Part shown: positions 15,607 to 23,312 of the stretch, in pieces
Layout of the letters: each line of letters starts with the position of its first letter
How positions within the stretch are numbered: position 1 is the stretch's first letter
Assembly: GCA_036271555.1 (NCBI GenBank)
Contig: DATBAK010000054.1
Span: forward strand, 1 to 38,260
Direction of reading: 5' to 3'
Length of the DNA: 38,260 bases
Source: Acidimicrobiia bacterium
Lineage (GTDB): Bacteria > Actinomycetota > Acidimicrobiia > IMCC26256 > PALSA-610
Program-made: the position numbers and the translations under genes
Notes under the pieces: generated by a model
What the model saw: the letters and a program-made list of their open reading frames with translations, nothing else
Databases searched by the model: none
Told to the model about the DNA's origin: nothing

Positions 15607-16468
15607 GCTTCGTGAGGTAACCGAGCATCGCGTCGGTGGTCTCCTGCGGCCGTTCCTGCTGCGTCCAGTGCCCGCAATCGTGGATGAGCACGCGCTCGAG
15701 GTTCGGCACGCGCTCCTCCATGCCGACCGACATCGCCGGGCTCAGCACGATGTCGTTCTCGGCGCTGATCATGAGGCACGGCACCTCGATCTTGCGGTCC
15801 GCGAGATCGGCCATGAGCGCCCAGTTGCGATCCATGTTCCGGTAGTACTCGATCGGCGGTGTGAACGCGCCGAGCGGACGGAACGCCTCCTTGTAGACCT
15901 CGAGCACTTCCGGTGTGAACGCGCCGGGGTTCCGGTTCATCTCGTTCAGGAAGATCATCTCGACGAAGTCGTCGGCGCCGCGACCCCACGAGAACACCCA
16001 CTCCGCGAGCCCCGGTTCCTGGAACTGGATGATGTAGATCGGCGTGTCGACGAAGATCTGCCGCATCAACTCGACCGGCGGGACCGGCGGGCGCGGGAGG
16101 TCGGGGGTGTTGACCCCGATCACGCCCGCGGTGAGCTCGGGGTACCGGCGCGCGAACTGCCACACGATGAGGCCGCCCCAGTCGTGGCCCGCGAGCACCG
16201 CGCGCTCGTGTCCGAGCGACCCGATGATCACCGCGAGACAGCCGTTCAGGAACTCGATGTCGTAGGCGACATCGGGCTTGTCGGAGCGGCCGTAGCCCGG
16301 CATGTCGGGCGCGACCACGTGGAAACCGGCCGCCGCGATCGCGTCGATCTGATGGCGCCACGAGAACGCGAGCTCCGGAAAGCCGTGGCAGAGCAGCACG
16401 AGCGGTCCCGTCCCCGCCTCGAGGCAGTAGAACCGGTGTCCCCCGGCAACCACGTAGCGTTCCCGCAC
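15590..16468 (-). CDS. Alpha/beta hydrolase (epoxide hydrolase/haloalkane dehalogenase-like)
   Basis: HRFYCLEAGTGPLVLLCHGFPELAFSWRHQ, nucleophile elbow GHDWGG, C-terminal HDCGHWTQQERP; start set at GTG 16468 because the divergent MBOAT gene begins at 16488. Confidence 0.75.
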   Translation of the reverse strand: MRERYVVAGGHRFYCLEAGTGPLVLLCHGFPELAFSWRHQIDAIAAAGFHVVAPDMPGYGRSDKPDVAYDIEFLNGCLAVIIGSLGHERAVLAGHDWGGLIVWQFARRYPELTAGVIGVNTPDLPRPPVPPVELMRQIFVDTPIYIIQFQEPGLAEWVFSWGRGADDFVEMIFLNEMNRNPGAFTPEVLEVYKEAFRPLGAFTPPIEYYRNMDRNWALMADLADRKIEVPCLMISAENDIVLSPAMSVGMEERVPNLERVLIHDCGHWTQQERPQETTDAMLGYLTKLTPWS

Positions 16469-16487
16469 CAAACGTACGCTACCGCCG

Positions 16488-17915
16488 GTGCTCTTCCCGA
16501 CGGTCACGTTCGCGATCTTCTTCTCGATCGCGCTGCCGGCGAGCTGGCTGCTCATGCCCCGCGGAACCCGGTGGCGGCTCTTCATCATCGCCGCGAGCTA
16601 CTTCTTCTACGGCTACTGGAATCCCAAGTTCGTGTTCCTCATCGTCGCGTCGACGGTCTGGAACCAGTTGTGGGGCACGGCGATCCACCGGCTGCGCGAC
16701 GAGCGCGCGCGCCGCATCGCGCTCACGATCGCGATCGTCGGCGATCTCGGTTTGCTCGGCTACTTCAAGTACGCGCAGTTCTTCGAGGTCTCCGCGCGCA
16801 ACGCGCTCGTCCACGCGGGCATCCACCTGAGCCCCGACGTCCTCCGGGTCACGCTTCCGATCGGCATCTCGTTCTTCACGTTCCAGGCGATGAGCTACGT
16901 CATCGACATCTACCGCCGGAACTTCGAGCCCGTCGGCTTCCTCGACTTCGCGGTCTACATCTCGTTCTTCCCGCACCTCATCGCGGGACCGATCGTGCGC
17001 GCGAGCGAGTTCCTCCCACAGCTGCGCGAGAAGAAGGACCCGCGCAAGGTCGACGCGGGCCGGGCGTTCTTCCTCATCATGTCGGGCCTCTTCAAGAAGG
17101 TGGTGCTGGCCAACTTCCTCGCGACAACGCTCGTCGACAAGGTCTTCACCCTGCCGGAGCTGCACAGCGGTCGCGAGATCCTCTTCGCGATCTACGGCTA
17201 CGCGGTGCAGATCTACTGCGACTTCAGTGGCTACACCGACATCGCGATCGGACTCGCGCTGCTGCTCGGATTCCGGTTCCCGCAGAACTTCAACGCGCCC
17301 TATTCGGCGGAGTCGCTGCAGGATTTCTGGCGCCGCTGGCACATGACGCTGTCACGCTGGTTGCGCGACTACCTCTACATCCCACTCGGCGGTAATCGCG
17401 ACGGCGAGTGGTCGACGTACCGCAACCTCATGCTCACGATGGTCATCGGCGGGTTGTGGCACGGCGCGGCGTGGACGTTCGTCGCGTGGGGCGCGATCCA
17501 TGGCGGCGCGCTCACCTTCGAGCACATGCGCGCGAACCGACGCACGCGCCTCGGCATCGACCCGCCACCCGACACGATGCGAAGACGCATCGTGCGGCGC
17601 ATCGTGACGTTCCACATCGTGTGCTTCGCCTGGGTCTTCTTCCGCGCCGACACGTTCCACACCGCAGGGGTGATCCTCACGCGCCTGTTCGTCGGGTGGA
17701 CGAGCCCCGCGCCGCTGCTCACCGGCGGTGTGCTCCTCGCGATCGCGGTCGGCATCGGGATGCAATACGTACCGAGCAACGCGATCGAGCGGGCGCAGGT
17801 GATGTTCTCGCGACTCTCGCCCGTGCAGATGGGCGTCGCGATCGCGTTCGGACTCCTCCTCATCGACGCGATGGGGCCGCAGGGCGTCGCGCCCTTCATC
17901 TACTTCGCCTTCTGA
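16488..17915 (+). CDS. MBOAT-family membrane O-acyltransferase (AlgI/DltB/PatA-like)
   Basis: 475 aa polytopic; FWRRWHMTLSRWLRDYLYIPLGGNR and WHGAAW..GAIHG conserved MBOAT His motifs. Confidence 0.85.
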   Translation: MLFPTVTFAIFFSIALPASWLLMPRGTRWRLFIIAASYFFYGYWNPKFVFLIVASTVWNQLWGTAIHRLRDERARRIALTIAIVGDLGLLGYFKYAQFFEVSARNALVHAGIHLSPDVLRVTLPIGISFFTFQAMSYVIDIYRRNFEPVGFLDFAVYISFFPHLIAGPIVRASEFLPQLREKKDPRKVDAGRAFFLIMSGLFKKVVLANFLATTLVDKVFTLPELHSGREILFAIYGYAVQIYCDFSGYTDIAIGLALLLGFRFPQNFNAPYSAESLQDFWRRWHMTLSRWLRDYLYIPLGGNRDGEWSTYRNLMLTMVIGGLWHGAAWTFVAWGAIHGGALTFEHMRANRRTRLGIDPPPDTMRRRIVRRIVTFHIVCFAWVFFRADTFHTAGVILTRLFVGWTSPAPLLTGGVLLAIAVGIGMQYVPSNAIERAQVMFSRLSPVQMGVAIAFGLLLIDAMGPQGVAPFIYFAF

Positions 17916-17918
17916 GCC

Positions 17919-19034
17919 ATGACGACGACGACCGATCCCGAACCGACGGAGCCGACAGAGCCGGCCGAGACGCCGAGCGACATCACACGCACGCGCCCGC
18001 CGACCGAGCGGCGCACCGCGCGCCGGCCCGTCCCCGCGGGCCACGCGATCCTCGCGATGCTCATCGCGTTCGCGGTCGGCACGCTCTTCAACGCGGACTC
18101 GATGCTGCAGACCGCGCAGACACAGCGACTCGGCACGTGGCGCCACCGCGTCGGCGTCGACATCATGAAGCCGGTCCACTCCGTCTCGTCGTTCCTGCGC
18201 CTCGATCGACCCCGCCGCGCGCTCGACAAGGAGCTCGGCAACGGCCCGCCGGCGATATCGAAGCAGGACGGCCGGCGCGCGTCCTCCGACCCGTTCGCGA
18301 CGTCGCCGACCACCACGACCGTCGCGCACGGCCCGACGACGACCGCGAACGCGCATCGGTACCAGGCGCTCACGGTGTCGCGCGCGCACCCCGCGACGAT
18401 CTTCGTCGCCGGCGACTCGCTGTCGTTCGAGTTCGGCACCTCGCTCTATCGGATCGCGGCGGGTGAGCACGTGTACAAGGCGGCGGGCAACGGGACCGTC
18501 GACTTCCGCGTGTCCTCGGGACTCACCCGTCCCGACTACTTCAACTGGCCCGCCGCGCTCGGGAACGACGTGCAGCGGTTCAACCCGCAGATCGTCGTGC
18601 TCATGCTCGGCAGCAACGACAACCAGACGATCGCCGCGCCGAACGGTCACACCTACGCGTTCGGCAGCGCCGGTTGGAAGACGGAGTACCACCGGCGGGT
18701 CGGCGCGGTCATGGATCAGCTGATCGCGGCCAACCGCTGGGTCGTCTACGTCGGCGTGCCGATCCTCGCGACGCGCGACGACCAGTGGCCGATCATCAAC
18801 GAGGTGATCGAGCAGGAAGCCGCCAAGCGGAGCCGGGCGGTCTACATCGACAGCTTCACGCTGTTCCAGGATCCGAACGGCAAGTACACGCAGTACCTGC
18901 CGAACTCGAAGGGCCAGCTCGTCGAGGTCCGCACCGCCGACGGCATCCACTTCCAGCGCGCGGGCGGCGACCTTCTCGCCCGGCGCACGCTGCAGGTCAT
19001 GGAGCGAACGATCGTCCACGTTTCGCGCAGGTAG
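17919..19034 (+). CDS. Membrane-anchored SGNH/GDSL-family hydrolase (PatB/AlgJ-like acyltransferase partner)
   Basis: ATG 4 nt after MBOAT stop; N-terminal disordered Thr/Pro/Glu tail then TM (AILAMLIAFAVGTLF); IFVAGDSLSFEFG (block I Ser), LGSNDN (block III), DGIHF (block V). Confidence 0.75.
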   Translation: MTTTTDPEPTEPTEPAETPSDITRTRPPTERRTARRPVPAGHAILAMLIAFAVGTLFNADSMLQTAQTQRLGTWRHRVGVDIMKPVHSVSSFLRLDRPRRALDKELGNGPPAISKQDGRRASSDPFATSPTTTTVAHGPTTTANAHRYQALTVSRAHPATIFVAGDSLSFEFGTSLYRIAAGEHVYKAAGNGTVDFRVSSGLTRPDYFNWPAALGNDVQRFNPQIVVLMLGSNDNQTIAAPNGHTYAFGSAGWKTEYHRRVGAVMDQLIAANRWVVYVGVPILATRDDQWPIINEVIEQEAAKRSRAVYIDSFTLFQDPNGKYTQYLPNSKGQLVEVRTADGIHFQRAGGDLLARRTLQVMERTIVHVSRR

Positions 19035-19051
19035 CGTGGATTCGTTCCCAC

Positions 19052-19142
19052 AGACCGGGCGGGTCGCTTCGCGGACCGCCTGAGCCGGGCGCCGAGGCGT
19101 CAGCCGAGGCCTCAGGAGCGGCGAGCGTCAGCGAGCGCGACC
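19052..19142 (-). repeat. Dispersed intergenic repeat, type I copy (reverse orientation)
   Basis: Reverse complement reads ggtcgcgctcgctgacgctcgccgctcctgaggcctc...gcgacccgcccgg; abuts WS/DGAT start codon. Confidence 0.55.
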
Positions 19143-20630
19143 ATGAGCAAATTTGCGGATCACATGAGCGATGCGGACGCGCTCATGTGGAACATCGAGA
19201 AGGACCCGGTGCTGCGGTCGACAATTGTCGCCGTAGGGCTGCTCGACCGCGCGCCCGACTTCGAGCGTCTGCGCCGCCGGCTCGCGCGGGCGAGCATCGC
19301 GATCCCGCGCCTGCGCCAGCGCGTGCTCTCACCGCCGCTGCGGTTGGGTCCGCCCCGCTGGGCGCACGAGCCCAACTTCGACCTCGACTTCCACCTCCGT
19401 CGCGTGCGCGCGGTGAAGCCCGGCGACCACCGCCAGCTGCTCGAGCTGGTCGCGCCGATCGCCCAGGCGAGCTTCGACCGCGCCCGCCCGCTGTGGGAGC
19501 TCACCATCGTCGAGGGCCTCGCCGGTCACCGGGCCGCGGCGGTCATGAAGGTGCACCACTCGGTGACCGACGGCGTCGGCGGCATCGACCTGCTGACCCA
19601 GGTCGTCGACCTCGAGCGCGACGCCGCGGAGCCCGCGCCCTTGCCCGAGCCCGACGCCGCGACATCGCTCGGCGCGCTCTCGTTGCTGCGCGATTCGCTG
19701 CAGCACAGCGCGCGCCGCGGTCTCGGCATCTCGCGACGCGTCCCGGCGATGCTCTCGCAGGCCGTCGTCGAGACGGCGCGCGACCCGCTGCGCGCCGCGG
19801 CCGGCGCGCTCGACACCGGCCGTTCGATCGGGCGCATGCTCGCACCCGCGACGGCACCGATGTCGGACGTGCTCGGCGAGCGCAGCCTCGGCCGCCGGCT
19901 CGACACGTTCGAGGTCCCTCTCGACGACCTGAAGCGCGCGGCCAAGGCGGTCGACGGCAGCGTGAACGACGCGTTCGTCGCCGCGGTCGTCGGCGGCCTC
20001 ACGCGCTACCACTCGCACCACGGGTCGGCGATCGGCGAGCTCCGCATGACGCTGCCGATCAACCTGCGCACCGCCGAGCACGACTCGGGCGGCAACCAGT
20101 TCGCGCCGGCGCGCTTCCCGGTGCCCGCGTCGATCGAGGATCCTGCGCAGCGCATGCGCGCGATCGGCGCACTCGTACGGGGCTGGCGCGCGGAGCCCGC
20201 GCTGCGCATGACCTCGACGCTCGCGGGCGTGCTGAACCGCCTGCCGACCGCAACCTCGACCGCGCTGTTCGGCAGCATGCTCAAGTGCGTCGACTTCGTG
20301 ACGTCGAACGTGCCCGGCGCGCCGATCCCGGTGTTCCTCGCGGGAGCCGAGGTCGACGGCTTCTACGCCTTCGCACCCCCGTCGGGCGCGGCGCTCAACG
20401 TCACGCTCGTCTCGCACTGTGATCGCTGCTGCATCGGGATCGTCACCGACACCGCCGCGGTCGCCGACCCCGACGTCCTCGTCGACTCGCTGCGCTCCGG
20501 GTTCGACGAGGTCTGTGCTCTTGGGTCGGGCTCGCACGCTTCGCCCTCCTCCACGCCTCCCTCGACGAGTCGGGCGGGCCGCACGGCGACCCGCCCGCCG
20601 TCGCAAGACCGTTCGACGCGTTCTGAATGA
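19143..20630 (+). CDS. Wax ester synthase/acyl-CoA:diacylglycerol acyltransferase (WS/DGAT)
   Basis: 495 aa; HHSVTDGVGG active-site motif; last ~35 aa (GSGSHASPSSTPPSTSRAGRTATRPPSQDRSTRSE) are encoded by a repeat copy. Confidence 0.8.
   Translation: MSKFADHMSDADALMWNIEKDPVLRSTIVAVGLLDRAPDFERLRRRLARASIAIPRLRQRVLSPPLRLGPPRWAHEPNFDLDFHLRRVRAVKPGDHRQLLELVAPIAQASFDRARPLWELTIVEGLAGHRAAAVMKVHHSVTDGVGGIDLLTQVVDLERDAAEPAPLPEPDAATSLGALSLLRDSLQHSARRGLGISRRVPAMLSQAVVETARDPLRAAAGALDTGRSIGRMLAPATAPMSDVLGERSLGRRLDTFEVPLDDLKRAAKAVDGSVNDAFVAAVVGGLTRYHSHHGSAIGELRMTLPINLRTAEHDSGGNQFAPARFPVPASIEDPAQRMRAIGALVRGWRAEPALRMTSTLAGVLNRLPTATSTALFGSMLKCVDFVTSNVPGAPIPVFLAGAEVDGFYAFAPPSGAALNVTLVSHCDRCCIGIVTDTAAVADPDVLVDSLRSGFDEVCALGSGSHASPSSTPPSTSRAGRTATRPPSQDRSTRSE
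20523..20605 (+). repeat. Dispersed intergenic repeat, type II copy
   Basis: gggtcgggctcgcacgcttcgccctcctccacgcctcc...gtcgggcgggccgcacggcgacccgcccgccg inside the 3' end of the WS/DGAT ORF. Confidence 0.65.
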
Positions 20631-21334
20631 GACAGAACGAGGCACCGGTCGGGCGGCGGGTCTTCCTCGGGCTGCTCGGTGTCGGTGTCGCGGGAGTGCT
20701 CGTCGGCGCGCGGGTCGACGACTGGCTCGAGCGCACGCTCGGACCGGTCGAGGCGAGGGATCCGACGGGCCTCCTCTCGCTCCTGCCGATCGGTCGGTTC
20801 CGCATCTACTCGGTCGCGGCGAGCCTGCCGTCGCGCTCGCACGCCGACTACCGCCTGAAGGTCGGCGGTCTCGTCGAGCGGCCGCGAACGCTCACGTACG
20901 CGGACCTGCGCACGCGGCCCGCGACCTCGCTCACACGCGACTTCCAATGCGTCACGGGCTGGCGCGTGCACAACGTCGCGTGGACCGGCGTGAAGCTGCG
21001 CGACCTGCTCGACGACGCGGGCGTGAAGGCGAACGCGACCGCGGTGCGGTTCACGTCGTTCGACGGCGTCTACAGCGAGAGCCTCACGCTCGAGCAGGCC
21101 CGCCGCGACGACGTGCTCGTCGCGTACCGGCTCGAAGGATCCGACCTCTCGCGACAGCACGGCGGCCCGGTGCGGCTCGCGGTCACGCCGATGTACGGCT
21201 ACAAGTCGCTGAAGTGGCTCGACACGATCGAGGTCACCGCCGACGTCGAACCCGGCTATTGGGAGCACCGCGGCTACGACGTGAACGGCTGGGTCGGCCA
21301 TTCCAACGGCCGTTCGGACGATCCGACCGCATGA
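20627..21334 (+). CDS. Tat-exported molybdopterin-dependent oxidoreductase (sulfite oxidase/MsrP-like Mo-domain, short form)
   Basis: ATGA overlap with upstream stop; twin-arginine signal RRVFLGLLGVGVAG; Oxidored_molyb motifs FQCVTGW (Mo-ligand Cys), HGGPVRLAVTPMYGYKSLKWL. Confidence 0.75.
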   Translation: MRQNEAPVGRRVFLGLLGVGVAGVLVGARVDDWLERTLGPVEARDPTGLLSLLPIGRFRIYSVAASLPSRSHADYRLKVGGLVERPRTLTYADLRTRPATSLTRDFQCVTGWRVHNVAWTGVKLRDLLDDAGVKANATAVRFTSFDGVYSESLTLEQARRDDVLVAYRLEGSDLSRQHGGPVRLAVTPMYGYKSLKWLDTIEVTADVEPGYWEHRGYDVNGWVGHSNGRSDDPTA

Positions 21335-21400
21335 TGGTCGCCGCTCCTGACGCCTCAGCCCCCACCTCGGACGGTCCGCGTCGCGACCCGTCCGCCCCTG
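21335..21400 (+). repeat. Dispersed intergenic repeat, truncated type I copy
   Basis: ggtcgccgctcctgacgcctcagcc (deletion derivative of the 12072 copy) directly after the Mo-enzyme stop. Confidence 0.5.
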
Positions 21401-21410
21401 CGGGAACGTG

Positions 21411-22067
21411 ATGCCATCCGCCGAGATCGAGCGCTTCGACCGCGTCGAGCGGCTCGTGCACTGGACGACCGCCGCGCTCGTCGGTGTCCTCATCGCGACC
21501 GGCGCGTGCCTGTATCTCGGCGAGCTCGAGGCGATCGTCGGTCGGCGCGAGCTCGTGCGCACGATCCACGTGGTCGCGGGACTGAGCCTTCCGGTCCCGC
21601 TGATCCTCGGCCTGATCACGCGCGCGGGGCGCGCGCTCCGGCGCGACCTCGGCCGCCTCAATCGTTGGAGCATCGACGACAAGCGCTGGTGGCGGCGCGA
21701 CGCGCGCGCGGGAGTCGAGCTCGGCAAGTTCAACCCAGGGCAGAAGCTGAACGCGACGTTCCTCGCCGCCGCGCTCGTGCTGATGATCATGAGCGGCTCG
21801 ATCATGCGCTTCTTCGCGCCGTTCCCCGACTCGTGGCGCACCGGCGCGACCTCGGTGCACGACTGGTTCGCGCTCGGTATCGGCATCTCGGTGATCGGGC
21901 ACATCATGTTCGCGACGCGCGACCCGATCGCGATGCGCGCGATGCGTTCGGGGCCGGTACCGGAGGTCTGGGCGCGCCAGCACCGCCCGCGCTGGCACGC
22001 CGAGGTGGTCGGCGTCGCGGACCTCGGGGACCGAGATGGCGATCAGCCCCGACGGGCGGGTCGCTGA
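21411..22067 (+). CDS. Cytochrome b561-family di-heme membrane cytochrome b (partner of Mo-oxidoreductase)
   Basis: RVERLVHWTTAALVGVLIATG, HVVAGLSLPV, HDWFALGIGISVIGHIMFA His ligands in 4 TM helices; ATG 21411 (GTG 21408 also possible). Confidence 0.7.
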   Translation: MPSAEIERFDRVERLVHWTTAALVGVLIATGACLYLGELEAIVGRRELVRTIHVVAGLSLPVPLILGLITRAGRALRRDLGRLNRWSIDDKRWWRRDARAGVELGKFNPGQKLNATFLAAALVLMIMSGSIMRFFAPFPDSWRTGATSVHDWFALGIGISVIGHIMFATRDPIAMRAMRSGPVPEVWARQHRPRWHAEVVGVADLGDRDGDQPRRAGR

Positions 22068-22130
22068 GCGGCCCACCCGACTCGTCGCGTGAGGCGCCGA
22101 GGAGGGCGAAGCTTGCGAGCCCGACCAGAA
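22045..22130 (-). repeat. Dispersed intergenic repeat, type II copy (reverse orientation)
   Basis: Reverse complement: ttctggtcgggctcgcaagcttcgccctcctcggcgcctcacgcgacgagtcgggtgggccgctcagcgacccgcccgtc; overlaps last codons of cytochrome b gene. Confidence 0.65.
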
Positions 22131-22150
22131 AGGATCGCTAGCCTCGACCC

Positions 22151-23281
22151 GTGACCGACACGAGCACCGAGACCGCGATCAGCCTGCCGCCGGAGTTGCG
22201 GCCGTCGGACGGGCGCTTCGGGTCGGGGCCGTCGAAGGTGCGCCAGGACGCGATGGTCGCGCTCGCCGACGCCGCGCCGCGCTACATGGGCACGAGCCAC
22301 CGGCGCCCCACCGTGCGCAACGTCGTCCGGCGCGTGCGCGACGGGATGTCCGCTCTGTTCGCGCTGCCCGACGGCTACGAGGTGTTGCTCGGCAACGGCG
22401 GCTCGACCCTGTTCTGGGACGCGGCCGCGTTCGGACTCGTCGAATGGCGCGCGCAGCACCTCGTGTGCGGCGAGTTCTCGTCGAAGTTCGCGGCAGTGAC
22501 GCGCGCCGCGCCGCACCTCGAAGCTCCCGATGTGATCGAGAGCGCGCCCGGCGCCGCGCCCACGGCGCGCGCGAACGCCGACGTCGACGCGTACTGCTTC
22601 CCGCACAACGAGACGTCGACCGGCGTGATGTTGCCGGTCGCCCGTCCGAGCGACGACGGGCTCGTTCTCGTCGACGCGACCTCGGGCGCGGGTGGCCTGC
22701 GCGTCGATCCGCGTGCGTTCGACGTCTACTACTTCGCGCCGCAGAAGTGCTTCGCAGGCGATGCCGGCATCTGGATCGCGCTGTGCTCGCCCGCCGCGAT
22801 CGAGCGGATCGAGCGCATCGCGTCGTCCGGCCGTTGGGTGCCGCCGAGCCTCGATCTCGGCATCGCGCTCGAGCAATCCCGGCTCGATCAGACGTACAAC
22901 ACCCCCGCGCTCGCGACGCTCTTCCTGCTCGCGGATCAGCTCGAGTGGATGCTCGCGCAGGGCGGCCTCGAATGGGCTGCCGGTCGCTGCGACCGCTCGG
23001 CGGCGACGATCTACGACTGGGCGGATGCCGGAGCGCTGACGACACCCTTCGTCACCGACCCTGCGCTCCGGAGCCGCGTGACGGCCACGATCGACTTCGA
23101 CGGCGTCGACGCCGCGCAGATCGCGTCGACGCTGCGCACGAACGGCATCATCGACGTCGAGCCCTACCGCAAGCTCGGCCGCAACCAGCTACGCGTCGGC
23201 CTCTTCCCCGCGATCGAGCCCGACGACGTCGCCGTGCTCACGCGCGCGATCGACTACATCGCCGAGCGCCTCGCGGGTTGA
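22151..23281 (+). CDS. serC: Phosphoserine aminotransferase (actinobacterial SerC type)
   Basis: 376 aa; GNGGSTLFWDAA, FAPQKCF, TYNTPALATLFLL motifs of class-V aminotransferase SerC. Confidence 0.85.
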   Translation: MTDTSTETAISLPPELRPSDGRFGSGPSKVRQDAMVALADAAPRYMGTSHRRPTVRNVVRRVRDGMSALFALPDGYEVLLGNGGSTLFWDAAAFGLVEWRAQHLVCGEFSSKFAAVTRAAPHLEAPDVIESAPGAAPTARANADVDAYCFPHNETSTGVMLPVARPSDDGLVLVDATSGAGGLRVDPRAFDVYYFAPQKCFAGDAGIWIALCSPAAIERIERIASSGRWVPPSLDLGIALEQSRLDQTYNTPALATLFLLADQLEWMLAQGGLEWAAGRCDRSAATIYDWADAGALTTPFVTDPALRSRVTATIDFDGVDAAQIASTLRTNGIIDVEPYRKLGRNQLRVGLFPAIEPDDVAVLTRAIDYIAERLAG

Positions 23282-23312
23282 CGCCCGCGGCCGCCGGGGC
23301 GAGGCTGCTCGG

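Noticed and set aside
17352-19019. 555-aa minus-strand ORF
   Set aside because: Antisense to the SGNH hydrolase and MBOAT 3' end; R/D/E-rich low-complexity translation typical of GC-rich antisense frames.
19052-19142. Idea that type I repeats encode a conserved micro-peptide (e.g. ATG GTC GCG CTC GCT... at 19142 reverse)
   Set aside because: Copies do not share a consistent start, frame or stop; open frames differ between copies, so the conservation is at nucleotide rather than peptide level.
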